Source: Rozella allomycis CSF55
Taxonomy: Eukaryota
NCBI GenBank assembly: GCA_000442015.1
Contig: KE561185.1
Coordinates: 1 to 39,542, forward strand
Direction: 5' to 3'
DNA length: 39,542 nt
A model generated the notes under the pieces. The model did no database searches and had not been told where the DNA came from. It was given only the letters and a program-made list of their open reading frames with translations. Every line of letters begins with the position of its first letter. Positions within the stretch are counted from its first letter, which is position 1. Of the stretch, positions 24,437 to 35,162 are shown piece after piece. The position numbers and the translations under genes were made by a program.

Positions 24437-25969
24437 ATGAGCGTAAGACCATAAAACGCTTTAAAATTAGCACAGATATCAAGATGATTATAGAAGAAGA
24501 GATGATCGCGACAGAAGGGACCGTTATCCGGATCGCCGTGACGATAGGCGTGACGAGCGACGTTTCGACGACAGAAGAGGGCGCGATGACCGTCACCGCA
24601 GTAGTAATTTCAGAAGACAGAGATTCCGCAGTATTTATAATATTTTTTATAGATAGGTCCCACCCCAGAAGGAATTGTTCCATTGCACTTGAGACAGCGT
24701 AAAATCCAGAACTGGGATGTTCCACGAGAGGGATGTGAGAATATGACAGCGATGGAAGCGAAGAAAACTGGATTGTTCCAGAAAGGGCCTGTTGGATTTA
24801 CGTATGGAACGAATATCAAGCCGAATACTGAAGGAGTTTACATTGAGAATACATCGACTGTTGTGACGCCTGAGATGGCGAGAACAGCAAAGAGAGTTAT
24901 ATTTACGGGTGTTGAAGAAGATGTGGATCTAGTAAAATTAATGAATTAAAGTTACAGGACAAATTCAAAGAGTTTATTTCTGGATTGATGAGATCAAAGA
25001 GTTTAACAAAGTCAGAGGAAGAGCCTGTCATTGAAGTTTTATATGATTCGGCAAAGAAAGCTGCGATAGTTGAATTTAGAACCCCAGAGGAGGCAACAGG
25101 CGGAATGCAGTTGGAAGGGATTTCGTATGAGGGGAATGTTCTCTACACAAGAAGGCCGAGAGAGTTTCAGCCAATTCCAGGCAACATTGACACTTCAATT
25201 GCTTATTTAAATAACATTATAGAAAATTTATCAATTGACAGTGTCAGTAGAATATATGTTGGAGAATTGGCTCCATTTGTAAATGATGAACATCTTTTTG
25301 AAATATTTAAACATTTTGGAGAAATAAAAAACTTCTTTCTTGTTAAAGATCTCGTAACAAGTAAATCCAGAGTAATAAATTACCTTCTTGGATGACAGGG
25401 GTTTGCGTTTATTGAATATGAAGAAGAAAAGGCAGCAGATGCAGCGCTGGAAATGAATGGATTTGAATTCTGTGATAAACATTTGGTTGTTGCAAAATCA
25501 AATTGTGACAATTTGGAACAGTTTGGAATCAATTTAATGTACATCGCCTTACCCCCATTAATAAACATTGACCTTTTGGCTGCTTCGATTGCAGTAGCAT
25601 TGGAAGAACCTTCTTGTATTCTTGTGTTAATGAATATGGTCGCCAATGAAGATCTTTTAGATGATGAAGAATACAACGGTAATTCTATCGAATGTTTAAA
25701 ACAGAAATTATGGAAGATGTGAAAGAAGTTTGTTCTACTTATGGAAAAGTTGAAAATATTATCATGCCAAGACCTGTCCCTGGTCAAAATGTCATGGGTG
25801 TTGGAAGAGTAATTATTTCCCGTTAATATCAATTTAGGTTTACATTCAATATGTTTCATCTGAAGAAGCCAAAAGGGCAGTTTTAGGATTAGCTGGAAGG
25901 AAGTATGGAGATAGAACGATTATCGCTGGATTCTACTTTTACGAGAAATTCATTGCCGGTGATTTATAA
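24437..25969 (+). CDS. U2AF2: U2AF large subunit (U2AF65/Mud2 family)
   Basis: RD/RS-rich N-terminus, R.RK..NWDV.P ULM, two RRMs, C-terminal UHM (LVLMNMV..EDL.DDEEY.EI.EDV.E; GVGRVYIQY; L.GRKY..R). Confidence 0.88.
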
Positions 25970-25990
25970 ATCTACTTTAATTCTTTTTAT

Positions 25991-26485
25991 TTAATAATTT
26001 TCTGATGCTAGATTATAAATATATTCTTCATAGTAAATCTTTCCTTCTCGTGGATCAATACTGGCAGCAATGAACTCATCAATCTCTTCTTGATTCATTG
26101 GCTCTCCAACTCCCTCCATTGTCATATATTTTACCAATTCTTCTTTAGTCAAGTAGCCCTTCTTATCTTTATCTAATGCTTGAAAGCTCTTGTAGATCTT
26201 TTCTTCATCATCCCTCTTGAACGCTTCGTCCGTCATTACCAGTGTCATGCAGTTGTAAAAGTCTGTAAACTTTACTGAATTGGTATTCTCATCTCTATTC
26301 ATTTGTACTAATAACGCTTGTATTTGGTCTTCAGTCGGGTATATAGCTAGAGCCCTGATTATTGTTCCGACTTCCTTGCAGTCAATGTACAATTCATTAT
26401 TAGTTTCTGTTATTGATCCAGTTGCTTTGAAATCTTCCACGAGTCCTTTAAGACGATCTGACCAAGAAATGTTTTGTTGTTTCAT
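25991..26485 (-). CDS. EFCAB2: EF-hand protein, dynein regulatory complex subunit 8
   Basis: D.KEVGTIIRAL..YPTE..., FQALD.DKKGYLT.EEL.KYM..EG..EP..QEE.DE...A.ID; intronless. Confidence 0.75.
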   Translation of the reverse strand: MKQQNISWSDRLKGLVEDFKATGSITETNNELYIDCKEVGTIIRALAIYPTEDQIQALLVQMNRDENTNSVKFTDFYNCMTLVMTDEAFKRDDEEKIYKSFQALDKDKKGYLTKEELVKYMTMEGVGEPMNQEEIDEFIAASIDPREGKIYYEEYIYNLASENY

Positions 26486-26588
26486 TTACTAAATTGGATG
26501 GTTTCCAAGCAGTCGACAACAAATCAATTGCAATCTCACGGTGTAAATCAAATTAATACGTGATTTTTGCTTTAACAAAATTTTTTAT

Positions 26589-28160
26589 TTAATCAAGTAA
26601 TTTAAACGACAATATTTCATATGCAATTCGTTTTCTAAAATAGTCCATGTCTTTTTGTGAAAAATCAAATGCTTTCTGCTCTGATATACATTTTGCATAC
26701 ATCAAACTAAATACACCACAATCATAGCCATTGTGTTGATGAGGATTATTTACATTGACATGTTTTTTCCACAAAGAAAAATCTATAGGGGTTCCCTTTT
26801 TGTCTAAATGTTCATTTTCTAAATAGTCTCTCATTAACTATATTAATAATTCAAAATATTTACGTCTAAATGGCCGCGATCTGAACCACCAAGTGAATCG
26901 TAATACTCAAATCTCTTTTCGATAAAGTTCGCAGCACTCATGCACCAATGAGACGATAAATGTACAGGAAATAGAATAATGTCGTAGCTAAAAATATCTG
27001 CCTTTTTATCTCTAATTGTAAATCGTTTGCATTTTTGAAATCCATCGTCTCTATAAAATCCATAAAAGAATGAATTGAAAGTATAAGTTTTGGGATATTT
27101 ACAATTTTGCTGCTCACTTCTTCTTCTAAGCATTTTACAATAAATATTTATAACCTGGTTGAAAATAAGATTAAAATCGTTACTGAATCTTCTAGCCATG
27201 TTCCGGGCTTCAAGGATTGAGGGCATGCATAATACAATGTGGTACCAACCCCATCAAATGATCCTTCTATTTCATCATCTGGATTCCTTTTAATGGCCTT
27301 TTGAATTAGCGATTCCATTTCATTCGTGATTTCTGGTCCCCGCCTTTTCACATCCACTAGTTTTTGAATCTATTTGATTTAAGACTAATTAAATACTTTT
27401 AATTGTTTTTCTTTTTCTCGTTCGTGATGCTTCCTGGGTGTTTCTGTAGTCTTTAATGTTGCCTTTATTCTATTATGAGTATTTATATCTGATACCTCTG
27501 AATAATATCATCCAAATCATTTCTTTTTGACTTTCTAAATTCACTTGAGGGTGTCTTTAATGGAGTCATCCTTGTGACTGATTTTTTACTCGGAGTTTTA
27601 AAGTCTGGCAAAACGTCGTCCATGTTAGATTCTTGTACATGTCTCTTATAATCTATTTCGAAAATCAATTATTCAATACCCTCTAATGTCATTTTGTGAT
27701 TAATAGACTTGTTATCCAACGGACTCTTAACCAATGTGTTGAAAGGTGTCGTCTGAGACTGTACGGACGCTGACAACGCTTGTTTTACAGGAGTGCCAAA
27801 TTTAAAAGGGTCTATATCTTTCTGATATTTTTTGGTTCTAACGCTAAAAGGAGTTCCAACATTCTTGTTAGAATTCGGTATCGTACAAACAACATCGTCG
27901 GATTTCTTCGCAGGAGATGTTTCCACATTCCAGTTTTTTTCGGTAGAAATGAATAAATTCTCTACTCGGAATCCATTTGTAGATGCAGCTTTCGTTTTGG
28001 CTTTTTCGGTCGACTTTTTTTTCATCGCTGTAAATGGCTTTGTAATGTAACTTTTAACTTTGGAAAATATCTTGAATAAAGTGATATTATTTGATTTTGG
28101 TTTTTTAGACACTGGAGACTCTTGTTCAGAAAAACTCTCCCGTTCTCTTTTCAGAGTCAT
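26589..28160 (-). CDS. ULP1: SUMO protease, Ulp1/SENP (peptidase C48)
   Basis: SLKPG.WL.D.VIN.Y, FNSFFY, PVHLSSHW, YYDSL, Q.NGYDCGVF; disordered N-terminus with basic NLS. Confidence 0.88.
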
Positions 28161-28214
28161 TCAGAAATTTCTGGGAACAGCTATAGAATAAAGAATTACA
28201 TTAACATTTAACAA

Positions 28215-29331
28215 TTATTTATTGGAATATCTATAAGTTTGTACATTTTTCGGGGTATAAGAATTTGGAGGTAACGTAATACTGAAATTACCCAGCGGCG
28301 GAGCAGAAAAGGAGTTACGATTATGTTGATTAGCAGTTCTAATGGTATCATAGATGGATATTAATTCTTTTGAGTTTCTTGCATTGAAAATGGGATCAGA
28401 AAGAATCATGTCTATTGACGGTCGGTTTTTCACATCAATTTGCAATATACTTCTGATGAACCTTTCTATTCCTAGAATATTTCCCAGTTATTAAAATACC
28501 ATTTGATACAGGCTTTACGAAACGAAGTGGTTGGTTGAATATTGCATGCTTCACGTCAGCACTAGAATCATTGGTTCCATAGGGAAGTGTGCCATTAACC
28601 ATGACAAACATGATTATTCCGAGACTCCAAACATCCAGTTCTGGCCCTATGTAGCTTTTTCCAAGATGAAGTTCAGGTGCTGCGTACTGCACAGAACCGC
28701 AATGCGTTTTCATTCGTTTATTGATATCATATCTACAAGATAGTCCCCAATCAACAATTTTCAATCTTCCTTTCGAATCAAACATAACATTTTCGCATTT
28801 CAAGTCTCTATGAATCCATCCATGATCATGTGCGTGTTTCACGGCGGAACAAAGTTGATAAAAGACCGATAACGCGCTCAATTCCGACAAAGGACCATAC
28901 CTTCTAATTCTATGGAAAAGTTCGCCTCCGTTACAAAGTTCCATGACGAGATAAAAATTATTGTGAGTTTCAAGTGCATCGTACAACTTGACAATATTGG
29001 GGTGATCTAGAGATCTCATTGCTTCTATTTCTCTCGTAATCACTGATAAATCCTTGACTTGGTTTTTGCGCAATGTTTTAACCGCTACCGGGCAATGTGT
29101 TTTCGTGTGAATACCGTATTTCACACAGGAGAAATTTCCTTGGCCAATTGAATGATATAGCTGGAAATCTCCTACGATTTTTAGCATTCTATTGGAATAA
29201 GTTCGATGAAACGCTTCAATGTTGTTTGGATTCGTGCTAACGGACATGTAGTTTTTTTGAGCGGCAAGCCACGACTCCGATTGAAATTCAGGGGTATTAG
29301 AGAATGAAGCGATTTCCTCGGAGAAGTACAT
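28215..29331 (-). CDS. CAMK-group (AMPK/MARK-related) Ser/Thr protein kinase
   Basis: IGQGNFS.V, VAVK, HPNIVKL, HRDLKCEN, DWG, CGS..YAAPE, Y.GPELDVWSLG; one 3' intron. Confidence 0.88.
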
Positions 29332-29471
29332 GGATGAGTCTAGATTGTTTGTATTGTTTACAAAAGTTAAATTAAATACATTACAAAATTAATTGGCTCA
29401 AAGTTTAATTACTTGACATCAGCCACCAATTCATACATTCCGGGTTAAATTGACCAGTAAATCAAATATCA

Positions 29472-30211
29472 TTATATACATATATCGTACTTTATTATTA
29501 GCTCTTGCTCTCCTTTGTATACCTCATTTGAAACTAACCATTTAAGATCTTCAAAATTTTCAAATTTGGTTTCATTTTCATAGTAGAGTTTTATTCTTTC
29601 GGATTTAACATTCATAATTATTCCTAATAATGCCGATAAATGATTATACGAAGCTTTCAAGGGACACTTACAATAAGGCGCATTTAACTGTTTCAACCCA
29701 CTGTTTCATCAAATTGCAATAATTACCTTTTAAGAGGCATAAATTTTACAAAGATATGTCTAGAAAAAGTTCTTCTTTGATACTTTTCTACATCTTGGTC
29801 TAAATCTTGCTTGTCGTTTGATTCTATTTTGTCGTAGTCTTGAACTACTGAAGAATCTATCTTCTTAATTAACGATTGTATTTGATAGTCGGGTCTCAAA
29901 ACAAAAATTATAAAAGTTTACTTTATGTTGGATATTGTCGCAGCATCTATCTTTAGTTTGCATTCCGGGCACTTGTGATTCTTTTTCACATAATTTAGAA
30001 TACAGGATTTACAGACTACATTTAAGTTTAAATTATAACGTACATGTATGCATACAATCAGTTATAGTCATCGCTTGAGAACAAAGTTTGTGACATAAAG
30101 GGCAGTCCAAAATTTTTCTCAACTCGTCCTTCCTCTAAAATCTCTAAAAATAGAAATTGTTACTTTCAAATCGTTGTTGATATACATTAAACATCCTTGA
30201 TCGTAAGGCAT
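29472..30211 (-). CDS. Polycomb group RING finger (PCGF/Psc-like) protein: C3HC4 RING + RAWUL-like domain
   Basis: Spliced: LRKILDCPLCHKLCSQAMTITDCMHT|FCKSCILNYVKKNHKCPEC...NIK|PDYQIQSLIKKI, then LKQLNAPYCKCPLKASYNHL...LIIKY; four micro-introns. Confidence 0.72.
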
Positions 30212-30234
30212 TTGCAAACTTTTGCTGTGCCACA

Positions 30235-31143
30235 ATGAGCGAGATTCCAGAGGATTTAAGCTTTGTTAAGAACTACCTGATCAAAGCGAAAGAAACTAAA
30301 GAAAAGGAGCCAATTGTGTCTTATTATTGTAATAGAATTACTCTAATTAAAAACTAAAGGCAAAATGTATGCGCTGCAATTATGTCAGAATGCAAGAGAA
30401 TCATGGATTAAAAATCAATTAGCGACAGCAACAGTAATGCAAATATTGGGCGATCTTGAAAACGTAAACTATATTGTCACTGATATTGTAGGAGAAGATC
30501 GCTCTTGAGAACAATGAAATATTTAAAAACGATGAGGCTACTAGAGCATACATAGAAAATTTTGCACTTAAAGTTTTCAAATTAGCGGATGATGACGATA
30601 GGGCGGGGAACGGTTCAAAAAAGACTGTGTTAATGTACAAGTCTGCGATTACATTTATTGAAATATTAAATATATTTGGTGAAATTCCCGAGGATGTAAA
30701 AGATAGATCAACATTTTTTATAGTTTAATGTAAAAGTGAAACATGCCAAATGGAGAATGGTTGAGATTGCTAAAGCCATGAAAGAAGGACGTGAACCTAG
30801 GCCTGTTGAATTACAATCTCCATCAATGTCTACTCCAAATGATCAGACACTAAACAATACCAACGAACAAACACATATTACTTCTCCCGTGGGTTCTCAG
30901 GTTTCACCAACCATTCCAACGAGTATAAATGTTCATCAAAGTATAAGAACAAGCGATTTTGATGAGCCGCTACCAGAAGATTATTATACATTTATAGAAA
31001 CCAAAATTGACGATAGAATTACCAATGAAGCACAAAAGTTGGCCAAATATGCTGTTAGTGCATTAATGTTTGATGACATTCCTACGGCAATAAAGAATTT
31101 AGAAGACGCCATAAAGATCTTGAAGCCATATGACACTAAATAA
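30235..31143 (+). CDS. VTA1: Vps4 cofactor Vta1 (MIT domains + VSL)
   Basis: EPIVSYYC.MYA.Q, ENFALKVF..ADDDDR, KVKHAKW....I.KA.KEGR.P, AQKLAKYAVSALMFDD. Confidence 0.9.
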
Positions 31144-31285
31144 ACATTTCCTTATATGGTTATTAATTTCATTGTCATTAATTTAAATTATTATTTAGAA
31201 TAAAAGCTAAAATAATTTAAATGCATATATCTATTTTTTGTTGCGTGAATCAAATGAAAGAATTCTTGTTCATTCGACTGCCCTA

Positions 31286-31300
31286 GCCACTTTGAAAACT
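31286..31300 (+). promoter_or_regulatory. GCCAC start-proximal motif (example instance, upstream of the cyclin)
   Basis: TAGCCACTTTGAAAA here vs TAGGCCACTTTTGAAAA upstream of RPC25 on the minus strand; GCCAC also precedes five other ATGs. Confidence 0.45.
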
Positions 31301-31318
31301 TTTTTTCATTTTTAACTA

Positions 31319-32179
31319 ATGATGGACATGATTCAAAATTATCCCACTCCAGACTCAATTAACACCCAAACTCCAAAAAGAAGAAAGGAACTTCGGTCAA
31401 TGATTGAAAAAAGCTATGCTTGCGTTACCAAACCTTGTCAGAAAAAGGAAAAAGAGAATGAAAAGCCTTTATCAACGATAAGCGAAGATCAACCAAAGTC
31501 AGATAAAAAAAGCAAGCGAGAGCTTTATGCGGAGTGGAATGTTCGATCGTTTACTGAGAGGCGAAAATTGGTGTTTGTTGCTGGCAACTTACTATCTTAC
31601 GTAACCCTTGTGAATGATAAAGTAACATTTATTTTTCTGTTAAAATTTAGTTCCATGGACAAGGAAGAGAGGCTATTACAAGGTTCCATAGTCAATGTAT
31701 TCCAAAGTTCAGTATTATATCATATTTTCAACGGTAACAAATTATATTTAAGTGTAATTAGGATATCCCAGTACGCTTTATGTAGCAATGAAACATTTAT
31801 ATTTGCTTTGATTTACATAGATCGAGTTTTGGCGTCATGTCCAAGTATTTTATTAACATCATTGAATATCCATCGGATGTTTTTAACATCTGTTTTAATT
31901 GCAGGAAAATACAACGATGATTGCTTCTTTGCAAATAGTCATTATGCTCGCATTGGTGGAATATCATGTACGGAAATGACAAATTTGGAGAGAGAGTTTC
32001 TAGCCTATTTAAAATATGATTTGAGTGTTCCGTTATCAACATACGATTACTATACAAAGAATCTGGATTCATTTCTTAAAAAAGTATCGTCCCTACCTCA
32101 TGAAAAGACAATCAAATATCCTTTCATGTCGTTAATCCATTTAATGTCCACAATGACCATCAATCAAAATATAATATAA
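31319..32179 (+). CDS. Pho80/Pcl (P/U-type) cyclin
   Basis: With introns 31622-31650 and 31734-31761 removed: TRFHSQCIP.FSI..YFQRI..YA.CS...FI.ALIYIDR, NIHR, KYNDD.FF.N..YARIGG, LEREFL. Confidence 0.85.
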   Translation: MMDMIQNYPTPDSINTQTPKRRKELRSMIEKSYACVTKPCQKKEKENEKPLSTISEDQPKSDKKSKRELYAEWNVRSFTERRKLVFVAGNLLSYVTLVNDKVTFIFLLKFSSMDKEERLLQGSIVNVFQSSVLYHIFNGNKLYLSVIRISQYALCSNETFIFALIYIDRVLASCPSILLTSLNIHRMFLTSVLIAGKYNDDCFFANSHYARIGGISCTEMTNLEREFLAYLKYDLSVPLSTYDYYTKNLDSFLKKVSSLPHEKTIKYPFMSLIHLMSTMTINQNII

Positions 32180-32204
32180 ATTTATTATTTGCTCTACATA
32201 ACAT

Positions 32205-32945
32205 CTATTCTTCATTTCCCTCCTCATTCTCATCCCCATCCTCACCTTCGCCTTCATCATCATCTTCCTCCATTTCATCCCCTTGTTCCCACCATTGAAC
32301 ACATCCTAAACCATCTTCAGCTATTGTACACTATGAACCTAACAATCAATCAATTACTGTAATCGTGTATGGTGATACCTTTTTCGTATCCTCCTCTGGA
32401 TTCTTTTGAAATTCTTTTGGATGCACATCTACAAACGTTTCACTTGCAACTCTACATCTAATAATATCTCCTTTATCCATTGCTAATTCATCCCCGTCAT
32501 AGTTCCATATCCATCGTTGGTTGTGAGAATCACTACTCAATTAAAAATGACTTTTTTACAAGTGTGAATCTTTTTGTAACAATGAATGTGGTATAAATAT
32601 ATCCTGAAAAAAACCCACCGAAATTGTTATTCCTTGTTCTGAAGATGAATTAAGGACTCCTCGTATAATCTCACCAGTAAATGGGCGGAAGATAATCATC
32701 CTGAAGATAACTAGTTTCAAAAGCTAAAATCTCATACCTTTTACATATGTACAGCCCTCACTTGGATGTATAAACGGATCAATAATAGATTTAATGTCAT
32801 AAACAGATATGCATAGTCCAACGTTATCAATAACTCGGTTGCTGTATTTTCGGTTTATCGCTTCGTTTACGGCTTTGTGAAATTCTTTATCGAGGTCGGA
32901 AGGATGTATTTGTATGGTATCTTCTATTAAAGTGAGATGGAACAT
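32205..32945 (-). CDS. RPC25: RNA polymerase III subunit RPC25/RPC8
   Basis: MF.LT.IEDTI.I.P, KYSNRVI.NVGLCI.VYDI, FR.IIFRPF.GE, EDGLG...WW; acidic tail. Confidence 0.92.
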
Positions 32946-33014
32946 GGTTTTTCAAAAGTGGCCTAGTCGCTTTGNGTGGCCTAGTCGCCTTGTAAATCGT
33001 GCAAAGTTGTTTCA

Positions 33015-33428
33015 ATGATTTATGTTGATTGGAAAATTAAAGCTGCGGGATTGCTAGGCGCATCCGCTGTACTTTTAGGGTATATTTTATGGACTGCTAA
33101 AATAGGGCATTTGGAGCGCATTCATTGAAATTTTGAAAAATCACATAACTGATATGAACAAGATCAAGTCGTGGGAAACAGCAGCACATTACCAAGTAAA
33201 ATTATTAATTTGCTTGTATAGCTAATTCATGCTGCAGCTGTTCTCGCTGTATCACAGGTACCTTCATTGACCGCTATTCATCCCGCAACTTTGATGCTTA
33301 CAGGATCATGCATGTTTTCAGGATCAATTTATCTTCTTGTTCTTAAACCCAGCTGGAAGTTTTTGGGGCCTGTTACACCACTGGGAGGTCTGCTGATGGC
33401 CGCGGGTTGGGCAGCTTTAGTTATATAA
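33015..33428 (+). CDS. TMEM256/DUF423 membrane protein
   Basis: [43 protein letters not shown]; two micro-introns; missed by the ORF track. Confidence 0.85.
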
Positions 33429-33496
33429 CAGCCAAATTCATTTTCAAAGTTTCAGAATTTAATTTATTTGAATAAATGCAATTTATATTATTTCCT

Positions 33497-33917
33497 TTAG
33501 GAATTGACCTTGTATTTGTATCTAAAGTTGTAATTTTGTAATGGACATACGCGCACTTTGGACATGTATAAAAAACAGTTTGCCCTTCATCAGCCGATCG
33601 AAGTTGCATGGTATGAAATGTCATTTCTGGGTTCCCACATTTCGGACATTTTTCTTTAATCTACACATCAAGATATACCATCCGGAATACCGTAGCACCT
33701 TCTTCTAAACGTTCCTCCTTTTCTTTAACAATCAGATGAACAAAAAGATCTCTCTTGCTTTCATGCACAACTTCGTTATTTTCAAAAACTGTTCCAAAGT
33801 AAAGAAATTTGTACCTTGCGCTGACTGTATATATCCACATGTATTGCATGTAACGTGAGATTGATCTCCTGGATAATCTAACAGGTTTGAACACTCTGGA
33901 CAAAACTGTAATGTCAT
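33497..33917 (-). CDS. RPA12: RNA polymerase I subunit RPA12
   Basis: [44 protein letters not shown]. Confidence 0.92.
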
Positions 33918-33940
33918 TTTTTAGCAGGCTGCGCCACGTA

Positions 33941-34457
33941 ATGGGTTGTTGTTTTGGAAAACCATTGAAATCTAGCGACTCACATACTGTAATTAAGATA
34001 TTCTATTTTAAAATAGACAGAAGAGCGGTCGGGTCTATTGAAAAGAGATTCAAAGTAATGATCTTGGTTTTCATTAACTAGTTGGAAGCTGGCAAATGAG
34101 CTGGATTCTGAGAAATCAGAGCTTGCTAAAATAGTTGAAAGAGCATCCGAGTAATATAATTATCGCTTTGATAAGTGTAGGAGCTTTATTAATATCCAAT
34201 CGGCGATGCGCCCGACAATTACCCCGTCACCAAACTCAGCCAACCAAGTAGAAACCTTGCGGGATACTCTTAACAAAAAATTCACTCTAAGGAACGACTC
34301 CAAATCGTCGGATACATTCTTGTCGTTTGAAACTCCGTTCAATGCGAATATAGATGAAGAGAAGAATCGATCGATGATTGATATCCAGGAAGCTCTGAAT
34401 TTGTACAAGAGGTCTATTCCGAATGATTTGATTGTGGAGGGCCCGAAAGGATTATAA
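33941..34457 (+). CDS. LAMTOR1/Ego1-like acylated vacuolar anchor
   Basis: MGCCF myristoylation/palmitoylation start, EERSGLL dileucine motif, E...L.KIVERA..SFINI; three micro-introns. Confidence 0.55.
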
Positions 34458-34481
34458 ATTTCCATTTTTGTTAATTTTTAA

Positions 34482-35161
34482 ATGGATTGGATTGATGAGA
34501 GGTTGTACTATGTGAGGACTTTTGTTAATGTTTCTGTGGTTGTTTCTTCTGCTGTTTTTGGTTATAAATATCTCGTATGATGCGTTTAATGGTTTAATTG
34601 AGAAACAGAGACATTTTACGAGCGTGCACCAAATACCTGAAAAGTACTTTAAGAGACACATTTTTCTTAAAGGAACTGTTGGTTGTGATAAGAATGGCGA
34701 GCCTTTGTTTTATCATAGTGGGCCAAACCTCTACCGCTTTGTGAAATGGTATATTAACAGACCTGTGGGTAATGAATGATGGAGATTTGAAATAAGAAAA
34801 TAGTGGAATGCCTATAAGCATTTGGGGATTGGTAGTGACCAAGGAAAGGTTGAAATTTGTTGTCGATGGATTGAAGAACAAGACTGTGTATTTGTGCTCG
34901 CATAGTGTAGAAAATGGAGTATTAATTAGTTCATTATTCAAGAAGAGAATGTTTTTGGTAAAATGATTGTTTTAATAATTAATGTGAAAGTTTAACAAGG
35001 ATGCCTTTGTTGATGAAGTCATGGAGGGAAATGTAAAAGTAGATGAAAGAATTGAAGAAATGGCAAAATCCCCATTTCAAATAAAAATAAAGAAATCATA
35101 TGAAAAAAGAAACAATAAATCATCAAAGATTTTTAGATTTATGAAAAGAAAATGGAATTAA
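34482..35161 (+). CDS. Lcl3/C3orf33-like (thermonuclease-related) single-TM protein
   Basis: N-terminal TM then RHFTSVHQIPEKYFKRHIFLKGTV...FYH.GP; basic C-terminus; about three introns; catalytic residues not evident. Confidence 0.5.
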
Positions 35162-35162
35162 T

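Noticed and set aside
24484..24725. ORF-track proteins overlapping the U2AF 5' region
   Set aside because: Alternative frames of the RD/RS-rich low-complexity exon
26486..26530. Possible RFX X-box upstream of ciliary genes (DRC8, also B9D1)
   Set aside because: Only partial half-sites (e.g. GTTTCC); no convincing palindromic match
32958..32990. Direct repeat gtggcctagtcgc flanking n32975
   Set aside because: Most likely a contig-overlap artefact at an assembly join
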